In this document: piece after piece, positions 21,229 to 29,506 of the stretch
How positions within the stretch are numbered: the first letter of the stretch is position 1
How the letters are laid out: each line of letters starts with the position of its first letter
Program-made: the position numbers and the translations under genes
The notes under the pieces: model-generated
What the model saw: the letters and a program-made list of their open reading frames with translations, nothing else
The model's database searches: none
Told to the model about the DNA's origin: nothing
From: a virus
Direction: 5' to 3' (one strand)
DNA length: 64,000 bases
IMG/VR virus record: IMGVR_UViG_3300013137_002967
Span: 22,113-86,112 of that record

Positions 21229-22029
21229 TTATTCTTTATATTTCCAAATTTTATCTGGATAATCTCTACATTTTTTTGTTTTACCGATAAGTATATTATT
21301 CATAGTATAGTATTTAATTTTGAGGACTGATGAAGCCTCTTTAGCATTATTATATTCTTTAACTAATATACCATTTTCATATTCTTCAATTGGTTTATTT
21401 ATTATAATTATTTCATTTTTTATAGAATTAATTTTCATTCTATAATTTTCATTATAATAATAAAATCTAAAATTTCGTATGTGTGTTAGTTTATTTTTAA
21501 GACATGCTGTAATATTGCTTCTATTTATTTTTAATTTTTTAGATGCTTCTTTTATACCTTTTATTACTTCTAAGAAATTGCCATCTATATCATAAACTAT
21601 TATCTTTTTTTTAGTTTTTTCAATTGCAATTTCACTATTTACTCGTTTTTGACCTTTTTTAAAATTTCCGCTATTAGGAATTTTACTACATTCACTTATT
21701 TTTCTCTTGGTTTCTCCACTATGTTTAAATCCTATTGGTAAACCATCTCCACCATTTGTTGAATTTGTTAAATTACATTTTTCTTTAAAATACGATATCC
21801 AATAAATTTCTCTTTCAGTTAATGTTTCTTCGTCACAAATTTCTATTGATTTAATTAAAGGTTTTAACCCAACTTTTTTAAGTGATGTAATCCAACATGT
21901 TTTATGTGTTAAATGTTTATCTCTGTAATGTGTTGATAATCTTTTAGATAATGGCATTATCGTTTTTCCAATGTATCGTATTTCATTAGTGATAGGATCA
22001 ACTAATGAATAAATTTGAGCAATTCTCAT
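21229..22029 (-). CDS. GIY-YIG homing endonuclease with NUMOD3/NUMOD1-like C-terminal modules
   Basis: IYSL...RYIGKT, EREIYWI, N...GGDG, HSGETKRKIS, IKEASKKL. Confidence 0.85.
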   Translation of the reverse strand: MRIAQIYSLVDPITNEIRYIGKTIMPLSKRLSTHYRDKHLTHKTCWITSLKKVGLKPLIKSIEICDEETLTEREIYWISYFKEKCNLTNSTNGGDGLPIGFKHSGETKRKISECSKIPNSGNFKKGQKRVNSEIAIEKTKKKIIVYDIDGNFLEVIKGIKEASKKLKINRSNITACLKNKLTHIRNFRFYYYNENYRMKINSIKNEIIIINKPIEEYENGILVKEYNNAKEASSVLKIKYYTMNNILIGKTKKCRDYPDKIWKYKE

Positions 22030-22089
22030 ATATAGATTTTTATTCTATATATTAAATTTTAATTTACCGAAAAAGATATAATTCTCGTA

Positions 22090-22332
22090 CTATTTCTTTT
22101 GAGTTGATTTAAATATTTTATAGGCATCGATGTAGTGATATCCGAATTTAGAGTTTTCGTAATCTTCTTGCTTTATTATCTTTTTAACTTCAGTTAAAGC
22201 ATCATCGTATTTATAATACAGATTATTATCTATATTTTTCCACGAATAAAATCCAAAGAATGTTGATTTAAGATACTCTATTGTGTACTCTTTCTTCCCG
22301 CCTTTCTTCTCTAAAATTCTATAGTGTTTCAT
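22090..22332 (-). CDS. hypothetical protein
   Basis: 80-aa ORF. Confidence 0.55.
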   Translation of the reverse strand: MKHYRILEKKGGKKEYTIEYLKSTFFGFYSWKNIDNNLYYKYDDALTEVKKIIKQEDYENSKFGYHYIDAYKIFKSTQKK

Positions 22333-22364
22333 ATTTATATATTATAGAGAAATTAGAATTATGT

Positions 22365-22622
22365 TTAAAATTTTTCAATTATTCTATTATCTTTTTTAAA
22401 TCTTACCGTATCACCAATCTTAAGTGATTTAGTTATTGCTTTTGTGGTTGTTGAGTTAGAAAGAGTAAAAATTTGATTATTACCATCTCTAAGTATTACT
22501 GAATTTGTGCTACTATCAATTGCTACAACTATTATAGGCGGTTTTCTATTGTTTATTCTATAATTAGAATTATAATTACAACTAAACATAAAAAGTAATA
22601 TAATTATTAAAAATTTCTTCAC
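22365..22622 (-). CDS. putative lipoprotein
   Basis: Signal peptide with lipobox-like FMFSC. Confidence 0.6.
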   Translation of the reverse strand: MKKFLIIILLFMFSCNYNSNYRINNRKPPIIVVAIDSSTNSVILRDGNNQIFTLSNSTTTKAITKSLKIGDTVRFKKDNRIIEKF

Positions 22623-22709
22623 AATAGTTTTTTTATTTATATATTATTTTTTGATTTTGATAAATTTTTAGAAAACTTAGAAATAAAATATTTATATATA
22701 ACTTCAATT

Positions 22710-22830
22710 ATGAAAAGTAGAAGACAACATATAAATTTTGGTACATATTCTTCAGCGATTAAAAATCGGCAGAGGTGTAAGTGATATTTTTTATAATTCA
22801 TGAGCCACCTACCTAGTATGTGGCTTTTTT
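22710..22830 (+). promoter_or_regulatory. putative leader-peptide attenuator (24-aa uORF 22710-22784 plus terminator 22803-22830)
   Basis: uORF MKSRRQHINFGTYSSAIKNRQRCK, then hairpin agccac...gtggct-T6, between the promoter and the downstream gene. Confidence 0.6.
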
Positions 22831-22857
22831 ATTTTAATCTAAAAACAATTAATAAAT

Positions 22858-23412
22858 ATGGACAAAATGGAAAATTTAGAATGGAGAAAATTCAATGGTG
22901 AAATAATTCCAAACATTAATGAGTATGTTTTGAATTATGTTAAAAATATTGATAAAAATGCTAAAGTTATGGTTGGATGTGACTCTAGTTACAATGGTAG
23001 TAAATATGCTATTACGGTAGTATTCTATAATGAAAGAATCAGAAGAGGTGCTCACGTTGTATATGCGTCATTCCATTTACCAAGAAATAAGGATGTTTTT
23101 TCTAAATTGTGGAATGAGGCTGTTTTTGTTCATAAAGTTGCTGAATCTTTGGATGATACTTTGAGAAAGGCACATTATTTTTATAAATTTGAAAGAAATT
23201 ATTATGATAATTCGGTACCAGAAAAATTAGTTGAAATTCATGTTGACTTAAATGCAAATAAATCAACTAGAAACGGATCAAAATTTTCTAATAATAAATC
23301 TAATAAAATTTATAACGAAGTTATGGGATGGTTATGTGGTGAAAGATATAAAGTTATGGGGAAGCCTTATTCTTATTCTAGTAGCACAGTTGCGGATAGA
23401 TTGAGTAAATAA
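22858..23412 (+). CDS. RNase H-like YkuK/DUF458 family protein
   Basis: VMVGCDS, RGAHV, KLWNEA, EIHVDLN, KPYS..S.VAD motifs. Confidence 0.8.
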   Translation: MDKMENLEWRKFNGEIIPNINEYVLNYVKNIDKNAKVMVGCDSSYNGSKYAITVVFYNERIRRGAHVVYASFHLPRNKDVFSKLWNEAVFVHKVAESLDDTLRKAHYFYKFERNYYDNSVPEKLVEIHVDLNANKSTRNGSKFSNNKSNKIYNEVMGWLCGERYKVMGKPYSYSSSTVADRLSK

Positions 23413-23558
23413 TATCGGATGGTATTCTCATTGTGAAAGTTTTATCTTTTTTCTTCATGTTGTATTTACTTTTTAAGTATATGAACTACAAAATATCATT
23501 TTTCGTAAGAAACCATTTAAAAACTTTTATATATAAGTTAGAGTTTTGGAAGAATAAT

Positions 23559-23807
23559 ATGACTGAAAATACTATTGATTTTAAGTATATACACGTAATT
23601 ATAAAAAGTCTGATAGAAAGATTGTATAATTTTTTTATTGGGCTTTCATCTTTTAAAAATATACTAAACATATTGTATAATGAACTATATAATCCCGAGG
23701 AGCCTGAACTACCGGATGTACCATCTTTACCCGAGAATATTATAGTCATTAACAATTTTGTTTTGTTAGATGGTGATCATAAAATTTATGCGGGAGATTC
23801 GGGTTGA
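23559..23807 (+). CDS. doubtful hypothetical protein with PEEPELPDVP segment
   Basis: ATG follows a TATATA motif; part is the antisense of a GSSG collagen-like repeat; 3' end overlaps a tRNA-like arm. Confidence 0.3.
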   Translation: MTENTIDFKYIHVIIKSLIERLYNFFIGLSSFKNILNILYNELYNPEEPELPDVPSLPENIIVINNFVLLDGDHKIYAGDSG

Positions 23808-23825
23808 AGTCCCGACCTAAGATAA
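23765..23825 (+). pseudogene. degenerate tRNA-like remnant
   Basis: T-arm-like tcggg-TTGAAGT-cccga (23799-23815) preceded by ggaga and an agatggt D-loop-like segment; no intact anticodon or acceptor stem. Confidence 0.3.
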
Positions 23826-23874
23826 CAAGGTTATCTTTTAATGGTGTGTGGAAGCTATCTTCCTCCACTATCGG

Positions 23875-23902
23875 AAAAGCCACAATTTATTGTGGCTTTT
23901 TT
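23875..23902. terminator. bidirectional intrinsic terminator
   Basis: aaaagccacaat...attgtggctttt. Confidence 0.8.
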
Positions 23903-24308
23903 ATTCTTTTTTGAATTTTTTAATTCTCTTAATATCCTCTTTCATTTTATCATTAAAATAATGACGTAAAAAAGTTATATCATTATCTGTAAAAGAATAA
24001 TAATCCTTTATTAATCTAATATCATCATTACTGATATCAGATTTTTCTTTTGTTTTTTGCTTAGATTGCCACCACCATTGAGGAACGCCATTAATTGTTT
24101 TATAAAATAATTGATACCACACATCTATAGCAGATGCCTTATTAATATTCTTATTATTAAAAAATTGTGCTTGTTTTAGATACTTGAAAGCAAATTTCCT
24201 ATTAAGTACGAAGAAATTGTTTTCTTTTTCCTCATCTGATACAAATTTATATTTACTCTTATCTTTAAATATAATATTTGCTAATGTTATAAAATCTACT
24301 CTTGCCAT
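23901..24308 (-). CDS. T4 gp62-like clamp-loader small subunit (divergent)
   Basis: EKENNFFVLNR...W..K...DIRLIKDYY pattern and size resemble the gp62 family. Confidence 0.5.
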   Translation of the reverse strand: MARVDFITLANIIFKDKSKYKFVSDEEKENNFFVLNRKFAFKYLKQAQFFNNKNINKASAIDVWYQLFYKTINGVPQWWWQSKQKTKEKSDISNDDIRLIKDYYSFTDNDITFLRHYFNDKMKEDIKRIKKFKKE

Positions 24309-25783
24309 ATTTCATTTAATATATGTAGTAATTTTTCTTTATTTATAGGTCTTTTAAGATAATAATCTAAATATTTAGACTGATTTTTAGACATTGTTCT
24401 AGAAATAATTATACAATTATTAATTTTTTTTAGATGTTTAATCAGGTTATTAAAATCCTTATCAATAAGATTCAAATCTAAAAATATTAGATCAATTTTA
24501 TCTTTTTGTTCTTTATAAATTCTGATTGCATCTTCAGAATTATAAGTTGAAACAATATTAATTTGTAAAGATTTTAGAAACATACCTAATAGTGAGTAAT
24601 TAACAGGAAGTTCATCAACAATTAAAACCGTTTTATTAATAAAGCTTATTCTATTTCTATCCTTTGAGTTTTCAGATTCTTGTTTTTCTTCTAATGATAA
24701 TTTAATAAAAAAAGTTGTTCCTTTACCAACAGTGGATTCCAGATAGATTTCTCCACCTAAAAGATCAACAATTCTTTTAGATATTGATAATCCTAAACCG
24801 ACACCTTTATATTTTTTTGTACTGGAACTATCATATTGCCAAAATCTATCAAATACATACTTAAATTTATTTTCCTCTATACCTATACCGGTATCTTCAA
24901 TTTTAAATATTATAGATTGCTCAGATGTACTAAATGAGATTTTAATGTAACCTCTATCTGTAAATTTAATAGAGTTACTTATAATATTATAAAGAATTTG
25001 CTTCAATCTTAGATAATCTGATATAATCTTTTTATCATCATTTTTAATAAATTCCAATTTAACAAAATCTAGATTTTTCTTATAGTTTACATCTTCAAAT
25101 ATATCATACAATTCATCAAATAGATCATGTATCGAAAAATTTTCATATAATATATCAAATTCATTACTTTCTAATCTCGAATAATCCAATATATTATTTA
25201 ATAATTCTTCTAAGTGTTTAGCGTTAGAATTAATAGATTTTAAAAATCTTTCAAGATGATCCATATTTTGTCCACTTAATAGTATGTCTGAGAAACCTAT
25301 AATTGCATTCATAGGTGTTTTTAGTTCGTGTGAAACATTGGATAAGAATGTGGATTTTATGGAATTACTTTCATTCAATTGTTGTTTTAATTGTTCTATT
25401 TCGTTTTCAATTTTTTTATTTTTTGTTATATCGTAAAAATTCAATATTAAATATTTAATATTAGATTGTTCATCTAATACAGGAGTAATCATCATTTTAA
25501 AAAATCTATTATAGTTTTTGATTTCACCTATAACTTCCTTACCTGTGAACATAGATTCTAACATCAATTTTCTAACTTCCTCGTAATCTTCTTTATTTAG
25601 TAATTCAGATAATTTTTTATTTCTAAAATCTTCTTTTAGATATTTATCATGTTCAGAATTATAATATAATATTGTACCATCTATCTGTACAACAACAGTA
25701 TTAATTTTCACATCAGCATCCTTAAGAAATTTGTTACTAACATTTAACAACAAATCTGTACCGTTAATATTAATTATTTCCAT
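24296..25783 (-). CDS. hybrid sensor histidine kinase (PAS-like, HisKA, HATPase, receiver)
   Basis: FLSNVSHELKTPMN, RLKQILYNIISNSIKFT, DTGIG, GVGLGLSI, GKGTTF; receiver VLIVDE...IFLD. Confidence 0.92.
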   Translation of the reverse strand: MEIININGTDLLLNVSNKFLKDADVKINTVVVQIDGTILYYNSEHDKYLKEDFRNKKLSELLNKEDYEEVRKLMLESMFTGKEVIGEIKNYNRFFKMMITPVLDEQSNIKYLILNFYDITKNKKIENEIEQLKQQLNESNSIKSTFLSNVSHELKTPMNAIIGFSDILLSGQNMDHLERFLKSINSNAKHLEELLNNILDYSRLESNEFDILYENFSIHDLFDELYDIFEDVNYKKNLDFVKLEFIKNDDKKIISDYLRLKQILYNIISNSIKFTDRGYIKISFSTSEQSIIFKIEDTGIGIEENKFKYVFDRFWQYDSSSTKKYKGVGLGLSISKRIVDLLGGEIYLESTVGKGTTFFIKLSLEEKQESENSKDRNRISFINKTVLIVDELPVNYSLLGMFLKSLQINIVSTYNSEDAIRIYKEQKDKIDLIFLDLNLIDKDFNNLIKHLKKINNCIIISRTMSKNQSKYLDYYLKRPINKEKLLHILNEIWQE

Positions 25784-26363
25784 TCTTATTAATTTTTCCT
25801 TCTTTCCAGTGTTTTCTACATAACGATATGTAAGACTCGTTACCTCCGATTAGTATTTGTTCGCCACTACGAATTATAGTTCCATCAACTATTCTAGCGT
25901 TTACCGTTGCTTTTTTTCCACACCAACAAATAGATTTAATTTCCTCTATATTATCAGCCATACTTAATAAGTATGATGAGCCTTCAAATGGTTCATTTTT
26001 GTAGTCTGCTTTTAAGCCATAACACATCACAGGTGTATTATATACATCAACAATATCTGATAGCTGTTCAACATGATGTTTTCTTAAAAATTGTGATTCA
26101 TCCACCAGTACACAATTGATATTCTTTTGTTGTTTTTCTATCAAAAAAATATTAATAATATTTGTATTATCAAATATTGGTATCGCATCCATTTCTACAC
26201 CTACTCTAGATTTTATTTTATTTTTTATACCTTCCCTATTATCCAACGCAGAAGTAAAAAGTAATATTTGTTGACCTCTTTCTAAATAATTATACGCGAC
26301 CCTTATTATTTCAAGTGTTTTACCACCTCCCATAGTACCATACTTAAAATATAATTTTGCCAT
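25770..26363 (-). CDS. tdk: thymidine kinase
   Basis: GTMGGGKT, VDESQF, YGL, CWCG and IGGNESY.SLCR motifs. Confidence 0.95.
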   Translation of the reverse strand: MAKLYFKYGTMGGGKTLEIIRVAYNYLERGQQILLFTSALDNREGIKNKIKSRVGVEMDAIPIFDNTNIINIFLIEKQQKNINCVLVDESQFLRKHHVEQLSDIVDVYNTPVMCYGLKADYKNEPFEGSSYLLSMADNIEEIKSICWCGKKATVNARIVDGTIIRSGEQILIGGNESYISLCRKHWKEGKINKNGNN

Positions 26364-26615
26364 TTTATTTATATTATGATATTATATAAAAGTTTTATTA
26401 ACAATTTTTTTTCAAAAAATATAAAATATTTTATTAATAACTATATTTCAATTATTTATAAAATGTTTATACTTAATAAGTTAACTATTTTTATAATTCT
26501 TAAAGAGAAAAAAATAATATATACTTATGGTGAAAAATAATATTAGTTATATAATTTCTTTTTTTAATAAAATGGCTATATGCCAAAATTTCACAAAAAA
26601 TAAAACCTTAATTTT

Positions 26616-26831
26616 ATGGAAAAGATCAGAAAAGCAGACAAGAAGTTGTCTTGGAAATTGGTTTGGGATGCTGATACAAAAGATGTATTATTTCTTAAAC
26701 GAATTGAAGGTGAATTCGAAACAGTTAATGAACTTTTCGAAACAAAAAATCAAAATGATTTATATGATAAAATAAATGAATTGGGTCTAAAGTATGATCC
26801 ATCCATTCAAGAAGAAGAAGAGTGGATATAA
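26616..26831 (+). CDS. hypothetical protein
   Basis: 71-aa ORF followed by a terminator. Confidence 0.55.
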   Translation: MEKIRKADKKLSWKLVWDADTKDVLFLKRIEGEFETVNELFETKNQNDLYDKINELGLKYDPSIQEEEEWI

Positions 26832-26835
26832 AAAC

Positions 26836-26865
26836 AAAAAAGCCTGATTTTCATCAGGCTTTTTT
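26836..26865. terminator. bidirectional intrinsic terminator
   Basis: aaaaaagcctgat-tttc-atcaggctttttt; same arms as the terminator at 51085-51117. Confidence 0.8.
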
Positions 26866-27150
26866 CATGACATCCGGGCTCATGTTTAAGTGTTCTTTAT
26901 TTTTAATTGCTTTTTTTAATAGAAATTTTATAAGATCATTAAATTTAACTTTCTTTTCTTTACATAATTCAGCACTTTCCTTGAGTGTATCTTTATCTAC
27001 ATCCAGTAAAATTAAATTTTCACCATTGGAATAAGAATCTATAAATGTTCTAATAACCTCACTCATAGTCTTACCTTTATTCTCACATACTTGTTGAAAT
27101 TTAGAATATTCCTCATCCTTTATTCTTAATTTCAAGACCGAATCTTTCAT
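26854..27150 (-). CDS. tandem (double) ribbon-helix-helix protein
   Basis: VLKLRI...FQQVC...TMSEVIRTFI and LILLDV...ELC...FNDLIKFLL. Confidence 0.7.
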   Translation of the reverse strand: MKDSVLKLRIKDEEYSKFQQVCENKGKTMSEVIRTFIDSYSNGENLILLDVDKDTLKESAELCKEKKVKFNDLIKFLLKKAIKNKEHLNMSPDVMKKA

Positions 27151-27225
27151 ATATAAGTTTTCTTTGATATATAATTATTTCTAAAATATATTAGAAAATG
27201 CAAAAAAAGTTTAATATATACCAAT

Positions 27226-27672
27226 ATGAAAATTATTAAATCATTCGAATCCTGGAATAATAATATTATTGACAATTCGTTGTTCAAAAGCGGAAAAGCT
27301 AAATATAATCCTCATGTAGTTAATAATACAATACAATATAAGACTGACAATAATCCACCTTATTATTTTGCAGAAATTACCAGAAAAGGTGATAAATTCA
27401 TTTGTAAAATTTACAAGAAAAAGAAAAATGGTGATGAAATTAGATTGAGAAATAAACTCAAAAAAGAATTGAAATTAGCACATAATTATGTAAGAGAGTT
27501 TATTAATCAAAGACTCAAAAAAGATAAATTAAAAAAATCAAATAAAAAATCTGAGGAAACTGAAAGAATAATCAGGGAAGAACCAAGAGTTCAAAGAGAA
27601 CCACAATTTATTTCTCAGAAACCTATTGCACCTCCTCTTCCATCGAGAAGAATAATTATAAGAAGATTTTAG
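27226..27672 (+). CDS. basic hypothetical protein with N-terminal tag motif
   Basis: Starts MKIIKSFES; TAATATATA immediately upstream. Confidence 0.65.
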   Translation: MKIIKSFESWNNNIIDNSLFKSGKAKYNPHVVNNTIQYKTDNNPPYYFAEITRKGDKFICKIYKKKKNGDEIRLRNKLKKELKLAHNYVREFINQRLKKDKLKKSNKKSEETERIIREEPRVQREPQFISQKPIAPPLPSRRIIIRRF

Positions 27673-27920
27673 TTATATCTGATATATTCTTTATCCAAAA
27701 CCTCAACTACTTCTGGAAATGTTGCGATTAACTGACTTAAATATATTTCAGTACTAACACCGCCTGAGTATGCTAAAACTCTGTATTTGTTTTTGGATCT
27801 TTCTACTTGTAGTATTAATCTTCCATCACCACTTCGGCTCTTAACATTACCTGAAAATACAGTTTCCCATCTATTCTTTGCGGTAATCTTTTTAATTGTT
27901 TTTAAAACTTTATCAATCAT
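27669..27920 (-). CDS. hypothetical protein
   Basis: 83-aa ORF. Confidence 0.5.
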   Translation of the reverse strand: MIDKVLKTIKKITAKNRWETVFSGNVKSRSGDGRLILQVERSKNKYRVLAYSGGVSTEIYLSQLIATFPEVVEVLDKEYIRYN

Positions 27921-27962
27921 AATGCTATTTTTTAATTTTATTCTATTACTATTACAGTGTAA

Positions 27963-28880
27963 TTAAAACACTAAACTTGCTTTAGTTTCCCACTTACTAT
28001 AAACCTTACAGTTTTCTCTCAAAATCAAATATTTATAAGTGTCCTTTTCAATATTTTCAGACATACAGTCATCGTCCACTACAACTGACATTTCTTTAAT
28101 ATCATAAATACTAGGACCAAAAGGAAGAATACCCAAAAATTTTCCAATATTTTTTACATACTCTATAAGTTTATTGTAAAAGCTTTTTGATGCATTTTCT
28201 TCAATCCATTCATCAATTTCACTATTAGATTCTGATTTGTAGAGTTTTCTGAAAGTAACCTGATCAGCACCTAACTCTGAGCACTTATTAATTACTTCTT
28301 CAACTGTATATTTATCATAATCATTAACAAGATTCAAAGAAAGCCGTAAATTAAAATCATATTTTTTAACTAATCTAATAATATCGAACAAATTGAACTT
28401 TAGAGTTTCATGACAACCAATTAATTCCAAATTTCTTTCATTATCAAAAATATTAGAAATAGACAAAGAAATTGTAGTTACACCAATTTGTCTCAAATGT
28501 GCAATATTTTCTTCATCAAGCAAAACACCAGTTGTCTGAATTTCAATGCTTTTGAAAGGTGTTAGAAGTGTAGAATTAACTTCAGCAAAAAAATCAAGAA
28601 AATCAGGATTCTGAATTGGTTCACCGGTTCCTGTTAAAATAATAACGTTACAACCGTTGTCACGTGCATACTGCAATCGGTTAAAATAATTTCTAAATTC
28701 AATACTCTCATAAATCTTACGATATGATGTGATTGGTAGTTTTTTCTCTTTCCATTCTTTGACCACTGAATTAATATTATCACAATAAGGATTTGTATGT
28801 GTTCTACTCACACAGAATTTACACTTATTCACACATTTATTTTTGGTCGGAACTACGATTGATAAACTCTGAATTTTCAT
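27963..28880 (-). CDS. radical SAM enzyme
   Basis: CVNKCKFC, TGTGEP and ISLS motifs; TATCTTTG box at 28907-28914. Confidence 0.9.
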   Translation of the reverse strand: MKIQSLSIVVPTKNKCVNKCKFCVSRTHTNPYCDNINSVVKEWKEKKLPITSYRKIYESIEFRNYFNRLQYARDNGCNVIILTGTGEPIQNPDFLDFFAEVNSTLLTPFKSIEIQTTGVLLDEENIAHLRQIGVTTISLSISNIFDNERNLELIGCHETLKFNLFDIIRLVKKYDFNLRLSLNLVNDYDKYTVEEVINKCSELGADQVTFRKLYKSESNSEIDEWIEENASKSFYNKLIEYVKNIGKFLGILPFGPSIYDIKEMSVVVDDDCMSENIEKDTYKYLILRENCKVYSKWETKASLVF

Positions 28881-28963
28881 TGTTTTTCTTTTTTATTTTA
28901 TCTTCACAAAGATACTAAAAACTTTTCATAAAAAAATAGATATAATAAATAAAAACATTATTT

Positions 28964-29458
28964 ATGAAATGGTATGTTATAAGGGTAGCAACTGGTAAAG
29001 AAAAGAAGACCAAAGAATTAATAGAAAGTACATTAGTTGATATGAATATAGTTTTTAATTTAGTAATACCAACAGAAAAGACTATACAAATTAGAAAAGG
29101 TAAAAAAGTCTATGTTGATAAAACTTATTTTCCAGGATATATTTTTATAGAATGTGAATCTACAAGTGAAATAGAAGGTCTTATCAAGCATGTAAATGGT
29201 GTATCATCTATATTAAAAAATCCATTGACACCAGTTGAAATAAATAGATTTTTAATCAAGAGTGATGTGGTAGAAAATAAAGAACCTATACTTTATTTAA
29301 ATCAAAAAGTTAGAATCATAGACGGACCCTTTAATTCATTCATAGGTACGATTACTAAAATAGATAACAATTCACAAAAAATTAAAGTAAGTATTCAGCT
29401 TTTTGAACGAGAAATTTTATTAGATTTAACTTTTTCTCAAATAACAGGAATTGCATAA
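28964..29458 (+). CDS. nusG: NusG-family transcription elongation factor
   Basis: WYVI...G.E NGN domain, FPGYIF, KOW motif VRIIDGPF.SF.G. Confidence 0.9.
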   Translation: MKWYVIRVATGKEKKTKELIESTLVDMNIVFNLVIPTEKTIQIRKGKKVYVDKTYFPGYIFIECESTSEIEGLIKHVNGVSSILKNPLTPVEINRFLIKSDVVENKEPILYLNQKVRIIDGPFNSFIGTITKIDNNSQKIKVSIQLFEREILLDLTFSQITGIA

Positions 29459-29476
29459 TTCTTGTTTTTATTGAAT

Positions 29477-29506
29477 AAAAAAAAGAGCCTTTCGGCTCTT
29501 TTTTTT
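29477..29506. terminator. bidirectional intrinsic terminator
   Basis: A8-gagcc-tttc-ggctc-T8 between convergent nusG and S1-like genes. Confidence 0.85.

Noticed and set aside
23486-23755. Minus-strand 89-aa ORF with GTSGSSGSSG
   Set aside because: Only 13 codons look collagen-like and no promoter motif supports it; kept only as the antisense-fragment finding
23413-23800. Possible CRISPR mini-array or DGR template repeat
   Set aside because: Only short irregular repeats (ttttaagtatat x2, tgaacta x3); no constant repeat-spacer period, no cas or reverse transcriptase gene, and no adenine-specific mismatch pair in the window
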